Shown in pieces: positions 9,899-19,010 of a DNA stretch of 64,000 nt. Both the position numbers and the translations under genes were made by a program. The notes beneath the pieces were generated by a model that ran no database searches, had not been told where the DNA came from, and was given only the letters and a program-made list of their open reading frames with translations. The first letter of the stretch is position 1. Each line of letters opens with the position of its first letter. The DNA comes from Lachnospiraceae bacterium. GTDB lineage: Bacteria > Bacillota > Clostridia > Lachnospirales > Lachnospiraceae. The stretch is taken from the NCBI GenBank assembly GCA_022767285.1, contig JALENY010000033.1:40129-104128 (forward strand). Direction: 5' to 3'.

Positions 9899-11188
9899 TT
9901 ATTTTTCAGCAGGTTCAGAGGCTTCTTCTTTCAGATACTGCTTATCCAGAGCTGCAATAAACGGATAATAAATCAGCCCTCCGATAATCAGTACCACGAT
10001 CTGCAGGATACCTCCGCGGATATCATTACACATCATCCACCCGCCAATAGGAGCCGGCATAGTCCACGGAACCGTGACACCGGACGGATATGGAACAAGG
10101 CCAAAGTACATTGCTGCGAAAGAAATCAGCACAGTAACCGGCGGTACGATGAAGAACGGAATTGCCATCATCGGATTCAGCACAAGCGGAAGACCGAAGA
10201 TAACCGGCTCGTTTACGTTGAAAAGACCCGGAAGGAAGCTCAGTTTTCCGAGGGATTTCAGACGTTTGGAACGACATTTGAATGCCATGATCGCTGCCAG
10301 GGACAGTGTGTTTCCGGTACCGCCAAGGAAGATGATCAGGTTAGCGAAGTCCTGAGTTACGATGTACGGGCGAACTGCGGAGGCAGATGCCTGGAAAACA
10401 TCAAGGTTGGCAAAACGTGCAGCGTACCAGAGAGGACCCATGAAAGAGTCGATAACAGCGGTACCGTGAATGCCGAAGAACCAAAGTAAAGAGTTCAGAA
10501 TAGTAATAAACATAGTGCCGATCAGAGTTGTTCCGATATTGGTAAGCGGCATCTGAATTACGGTTACAATAAAGTTTGATAATGTACCAAACGGAGTTGC
10601 GGCAAAAATCAAACGAATAATCAAAAAGAGCACAACGATAAGGGTTGCCGGAATGAGTGCCTCAAACTGGCGTGTAACAAATCCCGGAACGGTGCTTGGC
10701 ATTTTGATCTTCCAGTTCTTTTTCAGCATAACAGAATACAGCTTGGTTGCAAGCAGCGCGGTGATCATCGCGGTAAAGAGACCGCCTGCTTCAAAACTGG
10801 AAGCTTCGTATCCGCCGCCTTCCATCTGCTGGAGCAGAAGGAAATAACCGGAGATGGCGATAGCAACTGCAGGGATGGGTTCTACGCCTTCTTCACTTGC
10901 CAGACTGTGGGAAACACCAATAACGGCAAATAGAGCTACCAGACCCATGGTAGCCGGATAAACCATATCCCAGCACCAGGAGTACCAAACATCGCCGACG
11001 ATGGATGCCATAAAGTCATGGAATGCAGGCACCGGGAAATCACCGATAACGATGGCGATTGAACCGATGATCAAAAGAGGCATGGACAGCATCAGACCGT
11101 CACGAAGTGCTACTAAATACTTGTTGCTTGAAAGCTTCTGAGACAGAGGCATTAAATATTTTTCCATAAAAGCTGTTAGTTTGTTCAT
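9899..11188 (-). CDS. PTS lactose/cellobiose-family EIIC permease
   Basis: MEKYLMPLSQKLSSNKYLVALRDG is a typical type-3 EIIC N-terminus. The protein is polytopic and 429 aa. Confidence 0.88.
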   Translation of the reverse strand: MNKLTAFMEKYLMPLSQKLSSNKYLVALRDGLMLSMPLLIIGSIAIVIGDFPVPAFHDFMASIVGDVWYSWCWDMVYPATMGLVALFAVIGVSHSLASEEGVEPIPAVAIAISGYFLLLQQMEGGGYEASSFEAGGLFTAMITALLATKLYSVMLKKNWKIKMPSTVPGFVTRQFEALIPATLIVVLFLIIRLIFAATPFGTLSNFIVTVIQMPLTNIGTTLIGTMFITILNSLLWFFGIHGTAVIDSFMGPLWYAARFANLDVFQASASAVRPYIVTQDFANLIIFLGGTGNTLSLAAIMAFKCRSKRLKSLGKLSFLPGLFNVNEPVIFGLPLVLNPMMAIPFFIVPPVTVLISFAAMYFGLVPYPSGVTVPWTMPAPIGGWMMCNDIRGGILQIVVLIIGGLIYYPFIAALDKQYLKEEASEPAEK

Positions 11189-11209
11189 AATCCACCCTCA
11201 TTTCTTTTG

Positions 11210-12613
11210 TTATTTTAATTCGGGAAAATGTTCCCCGTTCACAGCGATATACTCGTCGAGAATCCTGCGGGCCAGATCCGTATCCACCACGGTACGGTTG
11301 ACCGTAAGAGCCATCAGGGCTTTTTGGTAGGAGCCCTCCAGCGCGGCGTCGACGGTGAGTTTTTCATAGGCATACTGTCCTTCCAGAAGACCCTTTTCAA
11401 AGGTTCCGGCCGGAGCGATGCGGATGGGCTCTGCGCCTTTTGCACCCACACGGCAGGCTACTTCCAGCATCATACCATCGGAAAGATTCGGGACAACACC
11501 GTTATTTTCTGTGATGATCAGGAAAATATCATTCTGATTGTATGCAATGCTCATGGCCAGCTCAACAATGTAAGTGGCGTGGGCATCGTTGTGCGCAATA
11601 GTTGCGGATTCAAAATTACCTTCGGCATCCTTGTGTGAGCCTTTGGCGTATTTTCTGTCCAGATCAAATTTTGTGCCGCGGATCTTACCCAGAGCTGCGA
11701 TTTCTTCACAGTACTGTTTTACGCGCTTTTCTCTTCCGTCAATGACCGTATTGGCACGAGTGTATTCCGGATCGGAATGCTGTACCATGGTATTCGGATA
11801 CAGATAATACTGCATATAGGTATTGGGAAGTGAGTGCGGGTAATCCTGAACCATTTTTTCCAGATGCTTGAAGGTAAAATTCCAGTAATCATCATTTTTA
11901 CCGGAGAAACCAAGCTCTTCATCGCAGTTTCCCTTTTTCAGCTTTTCCAGGATCAGAGGCAGCACATCTTCGCCTGTCTTTTTGTCATACATGTGTGTGA
12001 ACCATCCGAAGTGGTTCAGACCGTAATAACGGGGCTCAATATCTGTGCGTTTGCGGCCGTCTGCAAGGGGACAGAAGATATCCATGATGGAAATCGGCAT
12101 ATCACAGATATTGATCAGGCGGTAATCGTCCGGGAAGACCCGTTTGGTAGCCTCTGCAACGATGGCAGCCGGATTTGAGTAATTCAGGATCCACGCTTCA
12201 GGTGAATAGCGGCGGATGGATTTTACCAGATCGATCATGGCCGGAACGGAGCGCATGCCGTAGGCGAAGCCGCCGGGACCGCAGGTTTCCTGTCCGATGA
12301 TGCCGTATCTGAGCGGGATTTTTTCGTCCAGTTCTCGCATTTTCAAACCGCCGGGACGGATCTGAACCAGAGCAAAGTCAATGTCTGTAAAAGCCGTTTC
12401 TTTGTCGGTGGTGTAGGTGAAATCAACGCCGGGGTAGTATTCCTTAAACAGGATTTCTCCGAATTTGCCGATTGGTTCCTGCCGCTTTTCATCAATATCA
12501 TATAAGACAACACGGCGAAGCGGGAAATGTTCTTTTACGAGACACAGCATTTCGAGCATATCCGGGGTATAGGTACTACCGCCGCCGGCGATTACGACTG
12601 AAAACTGTTTCAT
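11210..12613 (-). CDS. GH4 family 6-phospho-glucosidase (closest by eye to the GlvA/MalH 6-phospho-alpha-glucosidase type)
   Basis: FSVVIAGGGSTYTP (NAD fold), GQETCGPGG, NYSNPAAIVAEAT, NICDMP and YYGLNHFGW. Confidence 0.88.
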   Translation of the reverse strand: MKQFSVVIAGGGSTYTPDMLEMLCLVKEHFPLRRVVLYDIDEKRQEPIGKFGEILFKEYYPGVDFTYTTDKETAFTDIDFALVQIRPGGLKMRELDEKIPLRYGIIGQETCGPGGFAYGMRSVPAMIDLVKSIRRYSPEAWILNYSNPAAIVAEATKRVFPDDYRLINICDMPISIMDIFCPLADGRKRTDIEPRYYGLNHFGWFTHMYDKKTGEDVLPLILEKLKKGNCDEELGFSGKNDDYWNFTFKHLEKMVQDYPHSLPNTYMQYYLYPNTMVQHSDPEYTRANTVIDGREKRVKQYCEEIAALGKIRGTKFDLDRKYAKGSHKDAEGNFESATIAHNDAHATYIVELAMSIAYNQNDIFLIITENNGVVPNLSDGMMLEVACRVGAKGAEPIRIAPAGTFEKGLLEGQYAYEKLTVDAALEGSYQKALMALTVNRTVVDTDLARRILDEYIAVNGEHFPELK

Positions 12614-12691
12614 GGTTTAAACCCTCCTTTCTTTGTATAATTATGCATAATATTCATATCGTACTTGCTTTCGGCACCGTTTCTTCGGTGC

Positions 12692-12745
12692 ATAAAAAAG
12701 GTGAATTATTTATGCATTTATATTAGAAGCATAAACAATTCACCT
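12692..12745 (-). terminator. Intrinsic terminator after the rpiR-like gene
   Basis: A 17-bp stem (AGGTGAATTGTTTATGC / GCATAAATAATTCACCT, 1 mismatch) is followed by TTTTTT on the minus strand. Confidence 0.75.
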
Positions 12746-12853
12746 GGATTTTCAAGCGATTTGTACAAATAAAAAAATTGTAAACTGAATAAAAAACATG
12801 TTATTCTTTTGCGGTCCCGGTTGCACTTGTATTTTTAAAATGTTAGAATTTAT

Positions 12854-13609
12854 TCATTGAAAGATTTCTTTATCGAATGGCTCATGTACTGCCTCTCTTT
12901 CGAGATCGACTACGAGCTTGGAAAGAATATATTCAAACAATATGATCGTGCGTCCGATGAAAAAGTCGGGAACATTATAGGCAACCGGGCCGCCGGTATG
13001 AATCGTCAGGTAATGATCGCTCATTTTGGCCAGGGTGGATTCGCCATGTGAGGTGATGGTAAAAAGCTTGTGTTTCATATTCTTTGCATGAACGGCAATA
13101 TCGATCAGATCCTGGGTCTCGCCGCTTTTGGAGAGTATGATGGTCATACCGGGAGTGTTGCTTCTGCGCATCATATCCACCGGAGAACCGTCATAGGCAA
13201 GAATATTTAAAGTGGCCAGCCGCCGCATCAGGTAGGATGAAGCAATGGTGGAAAAGCCCAGACCAACGATGTAAATGCAGTTGTTCCGCTGGTTGAAAAG
13301 CTCTTTTGCAAAAGCATCTATGACAGGCAGATCCACATCTTTTAAAATACTGGACAGATCAATACCTGCGGAAGTGTTGCGTTCTTCTTCTACCCGGCGT
13401 TTCAGGGAATAAATCATGTCACTGTAGCCCTGATAACCCAGTTTTTTTGCCAGTTTGATAACGGTTGTTGTGGAAACATAAGATTGCTGTGCAACCGAGC
13501 GGATATTGATTTTGGTGTTGCCGTTTTCGATTTCCGACAGAATACAGGAGAGCACACGATGTTCCGTTTCATTTAACAAGTAACGTTTTGATAAGTCAAT
13601 CAGATTCAA
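12854..13609 (-). CDS. MurR/RpiR-family transcriptional regulator (HTH + SIS domain)
   Basis: An N-terminal HTH (NIRSVAQQSYVSTTTVIKLAKKLGYQGY) and a SIS domain (IYIVGLGFS...ILSKSGET). Confidence 0.85.
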   Translation of the reverse strand: MNLIDLSKRYLLNETEHRVLSCILSEIENGNTKINIRSVAQQSYVSTTTVIKLAKKLGYQGYSDMIYSLKRRVEEERNTSAGIDLSSILKDVDLPVIDAFAKELFNQRNNCIYIVGLGFSTIASSYLMRRLATLNILAYDGSPVDMMRRSNTPGMTIILSKSGETQDLIDIAVHAKNMKHKLFTITSHGESTLAKMSDHYLTIHTGGPVAYNVPDFFIGRTIILFEYILSKLVVDLEREAVHEPFDKEIFQ

Positions 13610-13809
13610 ATAATCACCTCCACAGCAAAATCAGATATGAGGGCTAAAATTGAGTTGAGAGTCATGTTTTGTGCCCGGTGGCGGGAAAGCGTGCGATGTG
13701 CCGCTATACACACGGGATATCATCAAAGGAGTATCGTATAGATGTTTGATGATTTGTGTTTGCGGATATTATATCATAATTTATGAAAAAAACAACAGGA
13801 GGGTTAGTT

Positions 13810-14112
13810 ATGAATGTATTATTACTTTGTTCTCAGGGAATGTCAACAGGTATGCTTTGCGAGCGGATCGTCGCAGCGGCAAAAGAAGACGGATGTGATC
13901 TGAACATCTGGGCAGCCAGTGAGATTAAGGCTCGTGAGCATGTGGGCAAGGCCGATCTGATCCTGCTCGGGCCGCAGGTGCGGTATCTGAAAAACCGGAT
14001 TTCAGAGATGGCGGAAGGTAAACCGGTTGAAGTGATCGATATGATGGCGTATGGCATGATGGACGGAAAAAAAGTGTATGCCGATATCAAGAAGGTTATG
14101 GGAAATAAATAG
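13810..14112 (+). CDS. PTS lactose/cellobiose-family EIIB
   Basis: MNVLLLCSQGMSTGML contains the phospho-Cys. The protein is about 100 aa, and a GGAGGG RBS precedes the ATG at 13810. Confidence 0.85.
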   Translation: MNVLLLCSQGMSTGMLCERIVAAAKEDGCDLNIWAASEIKAREHVGKADLILLGPQVRYLKNRISEMAEGKPVEVIDMMAYGMMDGKKVYADIKKVMGNK

Positions 14113-14149
14113 GGTATTGCCGCTGTGAGGCGGCAGATAGGAGATTGAG

Positions 14150-14479
14150 ATGAGTGTTACACAGGAAGAGTTGGAACAGGCTTGTTTTTTGCTTATTTCT
14201 TACAGTGGAACGGCAAAAAGTGATTACCTGGAAGCAGTCGAGTATGCAAAAGAAGGAAAATTTGATGAGGCGGAAGCTGCCATCGAGCGTGGAAATGATA
14301 ATTACATGCATGCTCACGAAGCACATTTTGACCTGATTCAGGAAGAAGTGTCCACGGAAAACGGGCTTCTGACCCGCCTGACTCTGGTACATGCGGAAGA
14401 TCAGCTTGCCATGGCGGAAACGACGCGTATGTTTGCGCAGCAATTGATTGATCTGTATCGGATTATAAAAAGACAATAA
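14150..14479 (+). CDS. PTS lactose/cellobiose-family EIIA
   Basis: A three-helix EIIA of 109 aa with LISYSGTAKS and HEAHFDLIQ (phospho-His region). Confidence 0.85.
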   Translation: MSVTQEELEQACFLLISYSGTAKSDYLEAVEYAKEGKFDEAEAAIERGNDNYMHAHEAHFDLIQEEVSTENGLLTRLTLVHAEDQLAMAETTRMFAQQLIDLYRIIKRQ

Positions 14480-14514
14480 TTTTGGAAATGGAATGTTAAA
14501 AAACAGAGACACCG

Positions 14515-14543
14515 GTTGCCATATTATTCCGGTTATGTTATAC
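14515..14543 (+). promoter_or_regulatory. Sigma-A-type promoter for the riboswitch transcript
   Basis: TTGCCA, 17 nt, TATACT. Confidence 0.55.
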
Positions 14544-14577
14544 TATCTCCGTAGATCTTTTCAAAAAACTAAATAAG

Positions 14578-14835
14578 AAACAGTTGGTGCCGTAAGTAAG
14601 TTACGGATAATAGGGAAACAGGTGAAATGCCTGTGCGATCTCGTCACTGTATGCAAGAGCGTATTGCCATGATGTCACTGAGCGATTGGGAAGGCGGTAA
14701 TATGCGTTGAATTGCGAGCCAGGAGACCTGCCAGCTGTGGTACGGGAATGCAAGTTCCAGATCACGAGGTTTGATTGTACCGAAAATATTTCGACAATCC
14801 AACTGCGCATGCACGTTGGATTTTGTTTTTTCGTA
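14578..14835 (+). promoter_or_regulatory. Cobalamin (B12) riboswitch with terminator expression platform
   Basis: AGGGAAACAGGTGAAATGCCTGT lies at 14612-14634. The B12 box AGCCAGGAGACCTGCC lies at 14717-14732. The P1-like pairing is CAGTTGG/CCAGCTG. A terminator stem at 14797-14821 is followed by a T-run. Confidence 0.85.
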
Positions 14836-14897
14836 TCCCTTTTATTTATGTTTTTTCAAGATACTGCACTATAAAATCCGTTTAGGGGGACGAAAAA

Positions 14898-16493
14898 ATG
14901 AAGAAGAAAATAGTAACTTTATTGTGTGCCACAGCAATGGCGGTTTCATTGCTGGCAGGATGCGGCAGCAGTGCGGAGGACAAATCCGCGTCCGATGAAC
15001 AGGCAGAAACTCCGGAAGATGAGGAAGAGCCTGCCGATGCAGTCGTTTCTGATCAGGAAGCGGCGGATAATGTGGCTGCCCTGATTGATGCCATTTATGT
15101 GCAGGAAAGAACCAGTGAGACGGATGCCCAGTGTGCGGCGGCAAAAGCTGCATGGGATGCGCTGACGGATGCACAGAAAGAGCTGGTAGAGGGTGAAAAT
15201 GCAGATCCGGATTACTTTGGCAGAGATACCGGTGATGCATCCAAAGATGATCCGCGCAATCAGGATGAGATTGGCGAGAATGAACTTCTGGTAGTCAGCT
15301 TTGGTACCTCGTTCAACGACAGCCGTGTTTCTGACATCAAGGGAGTTGAGGATGCGCTTCAGGCGGCATATCCGGACTGGTCTGTGAGAAGAGCTTTTAC
15401 TGCTCAGATTATCATTAATCATATTCAGGCGCGGGATGATGAGCATATTGATAATATGCAGCAGGCATTGGATCGTGCGGTAGCAAATGGTGTGAAAAAT
15501 CTTGTTATCCAGCCCACTCATTTGATGCATGGCGCAGAGTATGATGAACTCATGGAAGCAGTGGAAGAATATAAGGATCAGTTTGAAGCTGTACAGGTTG
15601 CGGAACCGTTGCTTGGTGAGGTTGGCGCAGATGCCGCTGCCATCAATGATGATAAAGCGGCAGTGGCAGAGGCGGTTACTGCGGAAGCTGTAGCGACTGC
15701 AGGTTATGACAGTCTGGATGCAGCAAAAGAGGATAGTGCTGCATTTGTACTTCTGGGACATGGTACTTCCCACACAGCAAAAGTATCTTACAGCCAGATG
15801 CAGACCCAGATGAGCGCACTCGGCTATGACAATGTATTTATCGGAACTGTTGAGGGTGAACCGGAAGAGACTTCCTGCGAAGCAGTGATCGAGGCGGTTG
15901 CAGAAGCCGGATACACGAAGGTAATTCTTCGTCCCCTGATGGTAGTAGCCGGCGATCATGCGAACAATGATATGGCAGGTGACGATGAGGATTCATGGAA
16001 AAGTCTGTTCACCGCTTCCGGTAAGTTTGACAGTATTGAAACTCAGATTGCCGGACTTGGTGGAATCAGTGCAATTCAGGATATCTATGTTGCTCATACG
16101 GCAGCAGTTATTGGCACATCTGCCCTGGAAGACGGCGTGTATACCGCTGATTTTGATACAGACAGTGCAATGTTCCATGTAAGTGAAGCCTGTGACGGAA
16201 AAGGAACTCTGACTGTAAAGGATGGAAAGATGGTTCTGCATGTTTCACTGGCATCAAAGAACATTGTGAACCTGTTTTTGGGATTGGCAGAAGATGCACA
16301 GAAAGAAGGTGCGGAGGTTATCCAGCCTACCACAGACACCGTTACATACAGTGACGGTTTGACAGAAGAAGTATATGGTTTTGATATTCCGGTACCTGCG
16401 CTGGATAAGGAATTTGACTTGGCGCTCATCGGAACAAAAGGTGTATGGTATGACCATAAAGTCAGTGTTACAAACCCGGAAAAGACAGAATAA
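14898..16493 (+). CDS. Lipoprotein with CbiK-type (anaerobic cobaltochelatase-like) domain and an unassigned C-terminal domain
   Basis: The lipobox is LLAGC. An acidic linker follows, then the CbiK-like motifs LLVVSFGTSFNDSR, PTHLMHGAEY, LLGHGTSH and VVAGDHANND. The C-terminal ~125 aa have no recognisable motif. Confidence 0.8.
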   Translation: MKKKIVTLLCATAMAVSLLAGCGSSAEDKSASDEQAETPEDEEEPADAVVSDQEAADNVAALIDAIYVQERTSETDAQCAAAKAAWDALTDAQKELVEGENADPDYFGRDTGDASKDDPRNQDEIGENELLVVSFGTSFNDSRVSDIKGVEDALQAAYPDWSVRRAFTAQIIINHIQARDDEHIDNMQQALDRAVANGVKNLVIQPTHLMHGAEYDELMEAVEEYKDQFEAVQVAEPLLGEVGADAAAINDDKAAVAEAVTAEAVATAGYDSLDAAKEDSAAFVLLGHGTSHTAKVSYSQMQTQMSALGYDNVFIGTVEGEPEETSCEAVIEAVAEAGYTKVILRPLMVVAGDHANNDMAGDDEDSWKSLFTASGKFDSIETQIAGLGGISAIQDIYVAHTAAVIGTSALEDGVYTADFDTDSAMFHVSEACDGKGTLTVKDGKMVLHVSLASKNIVNLFLGLAEDAQKEGAEVIQPTTDTVTYSDGLTEEVYGFDIPVPALDKEFDLALIGTKGVWYDHKVSVTNPEKTE

Positions 16494-16507
16494 ATCAAGG
16501 ATTATCA

Positions 16508-16544
16508 AATATCCCCCGCTTTGAATGGCGGGGGATATTTTTCT
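16508..16544. terminator. Terminator between convergent genes
   Basis: AATATCCCCCGC and GCGGGGGATATT form a 12-bp stem, followed by TTTT. Confidence 0.8.
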
Positions 16545-16631
16545 GACTGGGTAAAAAGGCATTTCCAGGAGCAGATGTGATTGGAACCATACAGGAACGG
16601 ATGGATGCCGGAAAGGACAAGGATCCCTCCG

Positions 16632-18902
16632 TTAGTTATTCCATAATTTTTCAATCTTTGGAGCTGCAAGGTACATTTGTGCAGCAATATTTGTCATTGC
16701 CTTGACGCCCGGAACTTGTGGTGCCACATAATAGCAATAGCGAGTACCATTTTCTGCCGTTGTATCAACATAAGTTGTAGTATCTTTGACAACGGCGATC
16801 CTGGTGCTGTTGTTTTCACCAAGTTTCATACGATATACTCGGTATTCATTTGCTCCGCTGACTTTTGTCCATGTAAGTTCAACACCATTTACTACATTGC
16901 GAAGCTCAATCGTCGTATGTATAAGTGACTCAGTCTCAGACCAGGCTGAATAGTATGTTTTTGAACCGGAAGAATTGAAAGCACGGACTCTGACATAGTA
17001 GCGGTCTCCTTTTTTAAGCCCGTCTATTACTTCCTGAACCTTTTGAGCTGATGAAACATTTATCGATTTGCATTCACGGAAATTGCTGCTTGTGCTGTAA
17101 CAAATCTCGTATCCGGATGCCATTTCATTTTGTGTCCAGACTACTTTCATCTTTCCTGTTCCTTTTTCGGCTAATCTTGCAACAATTTCTGCAGTTAACT
17201 CTTTTCTGTTTGTTTTAAAATGGAAGAAAGGTCTCTCTTTGATTACCGTAATTTCAACGGGATATTCGTGTTCCTCCAATGAAGCAAGGATTGCCGGTTT
17301 TACTTCCTTCAGAGTCTTACCTTCCTCTAAAATAACAAATAAATATGGTACGAAATATCCTTCATGATCCTGGTCAGGCACGAAACAGAAGAAACCGTCT
17401 TCGACACCTTCTGCCTCAACCACGCGGCTTTCCATTCGCATCATGAACAGATAGCCGCCTCCAAAGCGCTCTGTAAATCCACGGCCAAGGATGTGAACGA
17501 TACCATTCTCTGTAATATATCCAATATCACCGGTATGCAGCCATATTTCGCCGTCCGGATGAACAACCAGTGTCCTTTCGGTCATCTCTTCGCCCATGTA
17601 ACCGCGGTAACCAAGCATTTTTGCCGGGCCGGTCATACATATTTCGCCGATCTCTCCGTAATTTTTCTCTTCTAAGGTTTCAGAATCAAAAGCAGAGAGT
17701 ACAGTTGCAGGCATTGGCATACCTACACATCCGTCTTTCAGCGGAAACATTGGATTTGGCAGCGTAAAGCAGGAACCGCCTTCACTTTGACCATATCCGG
17801 CACTTAATGTATGCATACAGTTATGTTTATGGAAAAATTCTTCTACTTCGCGATATTTTCTTTCGCTCATTGGTTCCGCGCCCGGACCGATGCTTTTTAA
17901 ATGTGACATATCGTAATCTTCCGGAATCCGGTCACTTTTCATTAATATTGAACACATCATCGGTATTAATGCCCAATAATTCGGTTTTAAATCCATAAAC
18001 CGAATATCGATGTCATCAATGGGGCAAAATGGGTCAAGAATCACTCTTAATCCTGCGGACATCGGGAAAATAGTCATGGAAACCGTTGCTGCGACCAATG
18101 CAGGTGTCAGAATAGGAAGCCACCATGTTTCCTGTACTTCTGAAGCCGGTATAAAGACGGACATCTGATAGGCAACGGCTACAATGTTAGCTCCGGAATG
18201 AATAACCAATTTTGAAATCCCTGTTGAACCGCTGGTATATGCTCCAAATAATGGTCTTTCAGGATTCTCCGGTGCTGCGAAACTACCGTTGTAATTTCTG
18301 CCCAGCTCCATGAACTCATCCCATGTAAGATCTCCTTCTGTTGTCTCTGTTTCGGAGGGATAACGAGATTCGATCTCTTTTACAATATAATCCGGTATGC
18401 TGTTCTTATCCGCATAGTCATAAGGAGAAACCTTAATCATACGAGTCATGGGAGTTGTTGCACGGAACAATTCCTCATCCTCTTTAGACGTATAATCATG
18501 TACGAAAACAGTTGATGCTTTTGATTTACGAATGGCAAAGCAAAGTTCTTCCGGTGTATCGTCACGGCAAATCAGTTCAGCGCCGATTTTCTCAGCTGCC
18601 AAAAGTAAAATGTAATGTGCCGGGACAGCCTGTACAAAAACCGGGATTCTGTCTCCTTCACCAAATCCGATCACGGTTAACGCCTTTGCAGCGATCTCTA
18701 CCTCTTGCCAAAAGTCTTTCCAGGTATAGCGATTTCCGTAATACTCAATCGCATCTTTGCTGTCATCTGGATTTTTCATTTTTAAATAGGATTCCAATGT
18801 CATTCGTGGAACTTCAATATTTTGTAAAGATTCCGGATAAAACTTAAGCCATGGCTTATCAATACTTGCTTTCCCGGTTAATCCGGTAGAATTTAAGATC
18901 AT
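16632..18902 (-). CDS. Adenylate-forming (AMP-binding, acyl-CoA synthetase-like) enzyme fused to two C-terminal FN3-like domains
   Basis: YTSGSTGISK, GYGQSEGG and TGDIGY are adenylation core motifs. The C-terminal ~185 aa hold two FN3-like repeats (GYEICYSTSS..YYVRVRAFN and ANEYRVYR..RYCYYVAP). GGGAG lies 5 nt before the ATG at 18902. No signal peptide is present. Confidence 0.8.
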   Translation of the reverse strand: MILNSTGLTGKASIDKPWLKFYPESLQNIEVPRMTLESYLKMKNPDDSKDAIEYYGNRYTWKDFWQEVEIAAKALTVIGFGEGDRIPVFVQAVPAHYILLLAAEKIGAELICRDDTPEELCFAIRKSKASTVFVHDYTSKEDEELFRATTPMTRMIKVSPYDYADKNSIPDYIVKEIESRYPSETETTEGDLTWDEFMELGRNYNGSFAAPENPERPLFGAYTSGSTGISKLVIHSGANIVAVAYQMSVFIPASEVQETWWLPILTPALVAATVSMTIFPMSAGLRVILDPFCPIDDIDIRFMDLKPNYWALIPMMCSILMKSDRIPEDYDMSHLKSIGPGAEPMSERKYREVEEFFHKHNCMHTLSAGYGQSEGGSCFTLPNPMFPLKDGCVGMPMPATVLSAFDSETLEEKNYGEIGEICMTGPAKMLGYRGYMGEEMTERTLVVHPDGEIWLHTGDIGYITENGIVHILGRGFTERFGGGYLFMMRMESRVVEAEGVEDGFFCFVPDQDHEGYFVPYLFVILEEGKTLKEVKPAILASLEEHEYPVEITVIKERPFFHFKTNRKELTAEIVARLAEKGTGKMKVVWTQNEMASGYEICYSTSSNFRECKSINVSSAQKVQEVIDGLKKGDRYYVRVRAFNSSGSKTYYSAWSETESLIHTTIELRNVVNGVELTWTKVSGANEYRVYRMKLGENNSTRIAVVKDTTTYVDTTAENGTRYCYYVAPQVPGVKAMTNIAAQMYLAAPKIEKLWNN

Positions 18903-18957
18903 CTTTTCTCCCACTCTTTCGTGTTTTTTGCCGGGATACAGATATCCCGGAGCTTTA

Positions 18958-18987
18958 AGTATACCTTGTATTCAGATATGTTGTCAA
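18958..18987 (-). promoter_or_regulatory. Sigma-A-type promoter of the AMP-ligase/FN3 gene
   Basis: On the minus strand: TTGACA, 18 nt, TATACT. Confidence 0.55.
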
Positions 18988-19010
18988 TATAAGAGGCTAT
19001 GTGATAAGGG

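Noticed and set aside
14946-15959. Long antisense ORFs opposite well-supported genes. This one is 337 aa. Others are 7410-8390, 21886-22764, 29282-30373, 34795-35595, 38132-38941, 54291-55661 and 59534-60733.
   Set aside because: Each lies fully inside a gene whose product has clear family motifs on the other strand. Their translations are low-complexity or Cys/His/Arg/Phe-rich with no motifs and no RBS. Such shadow ORFs are expected from codon bias.
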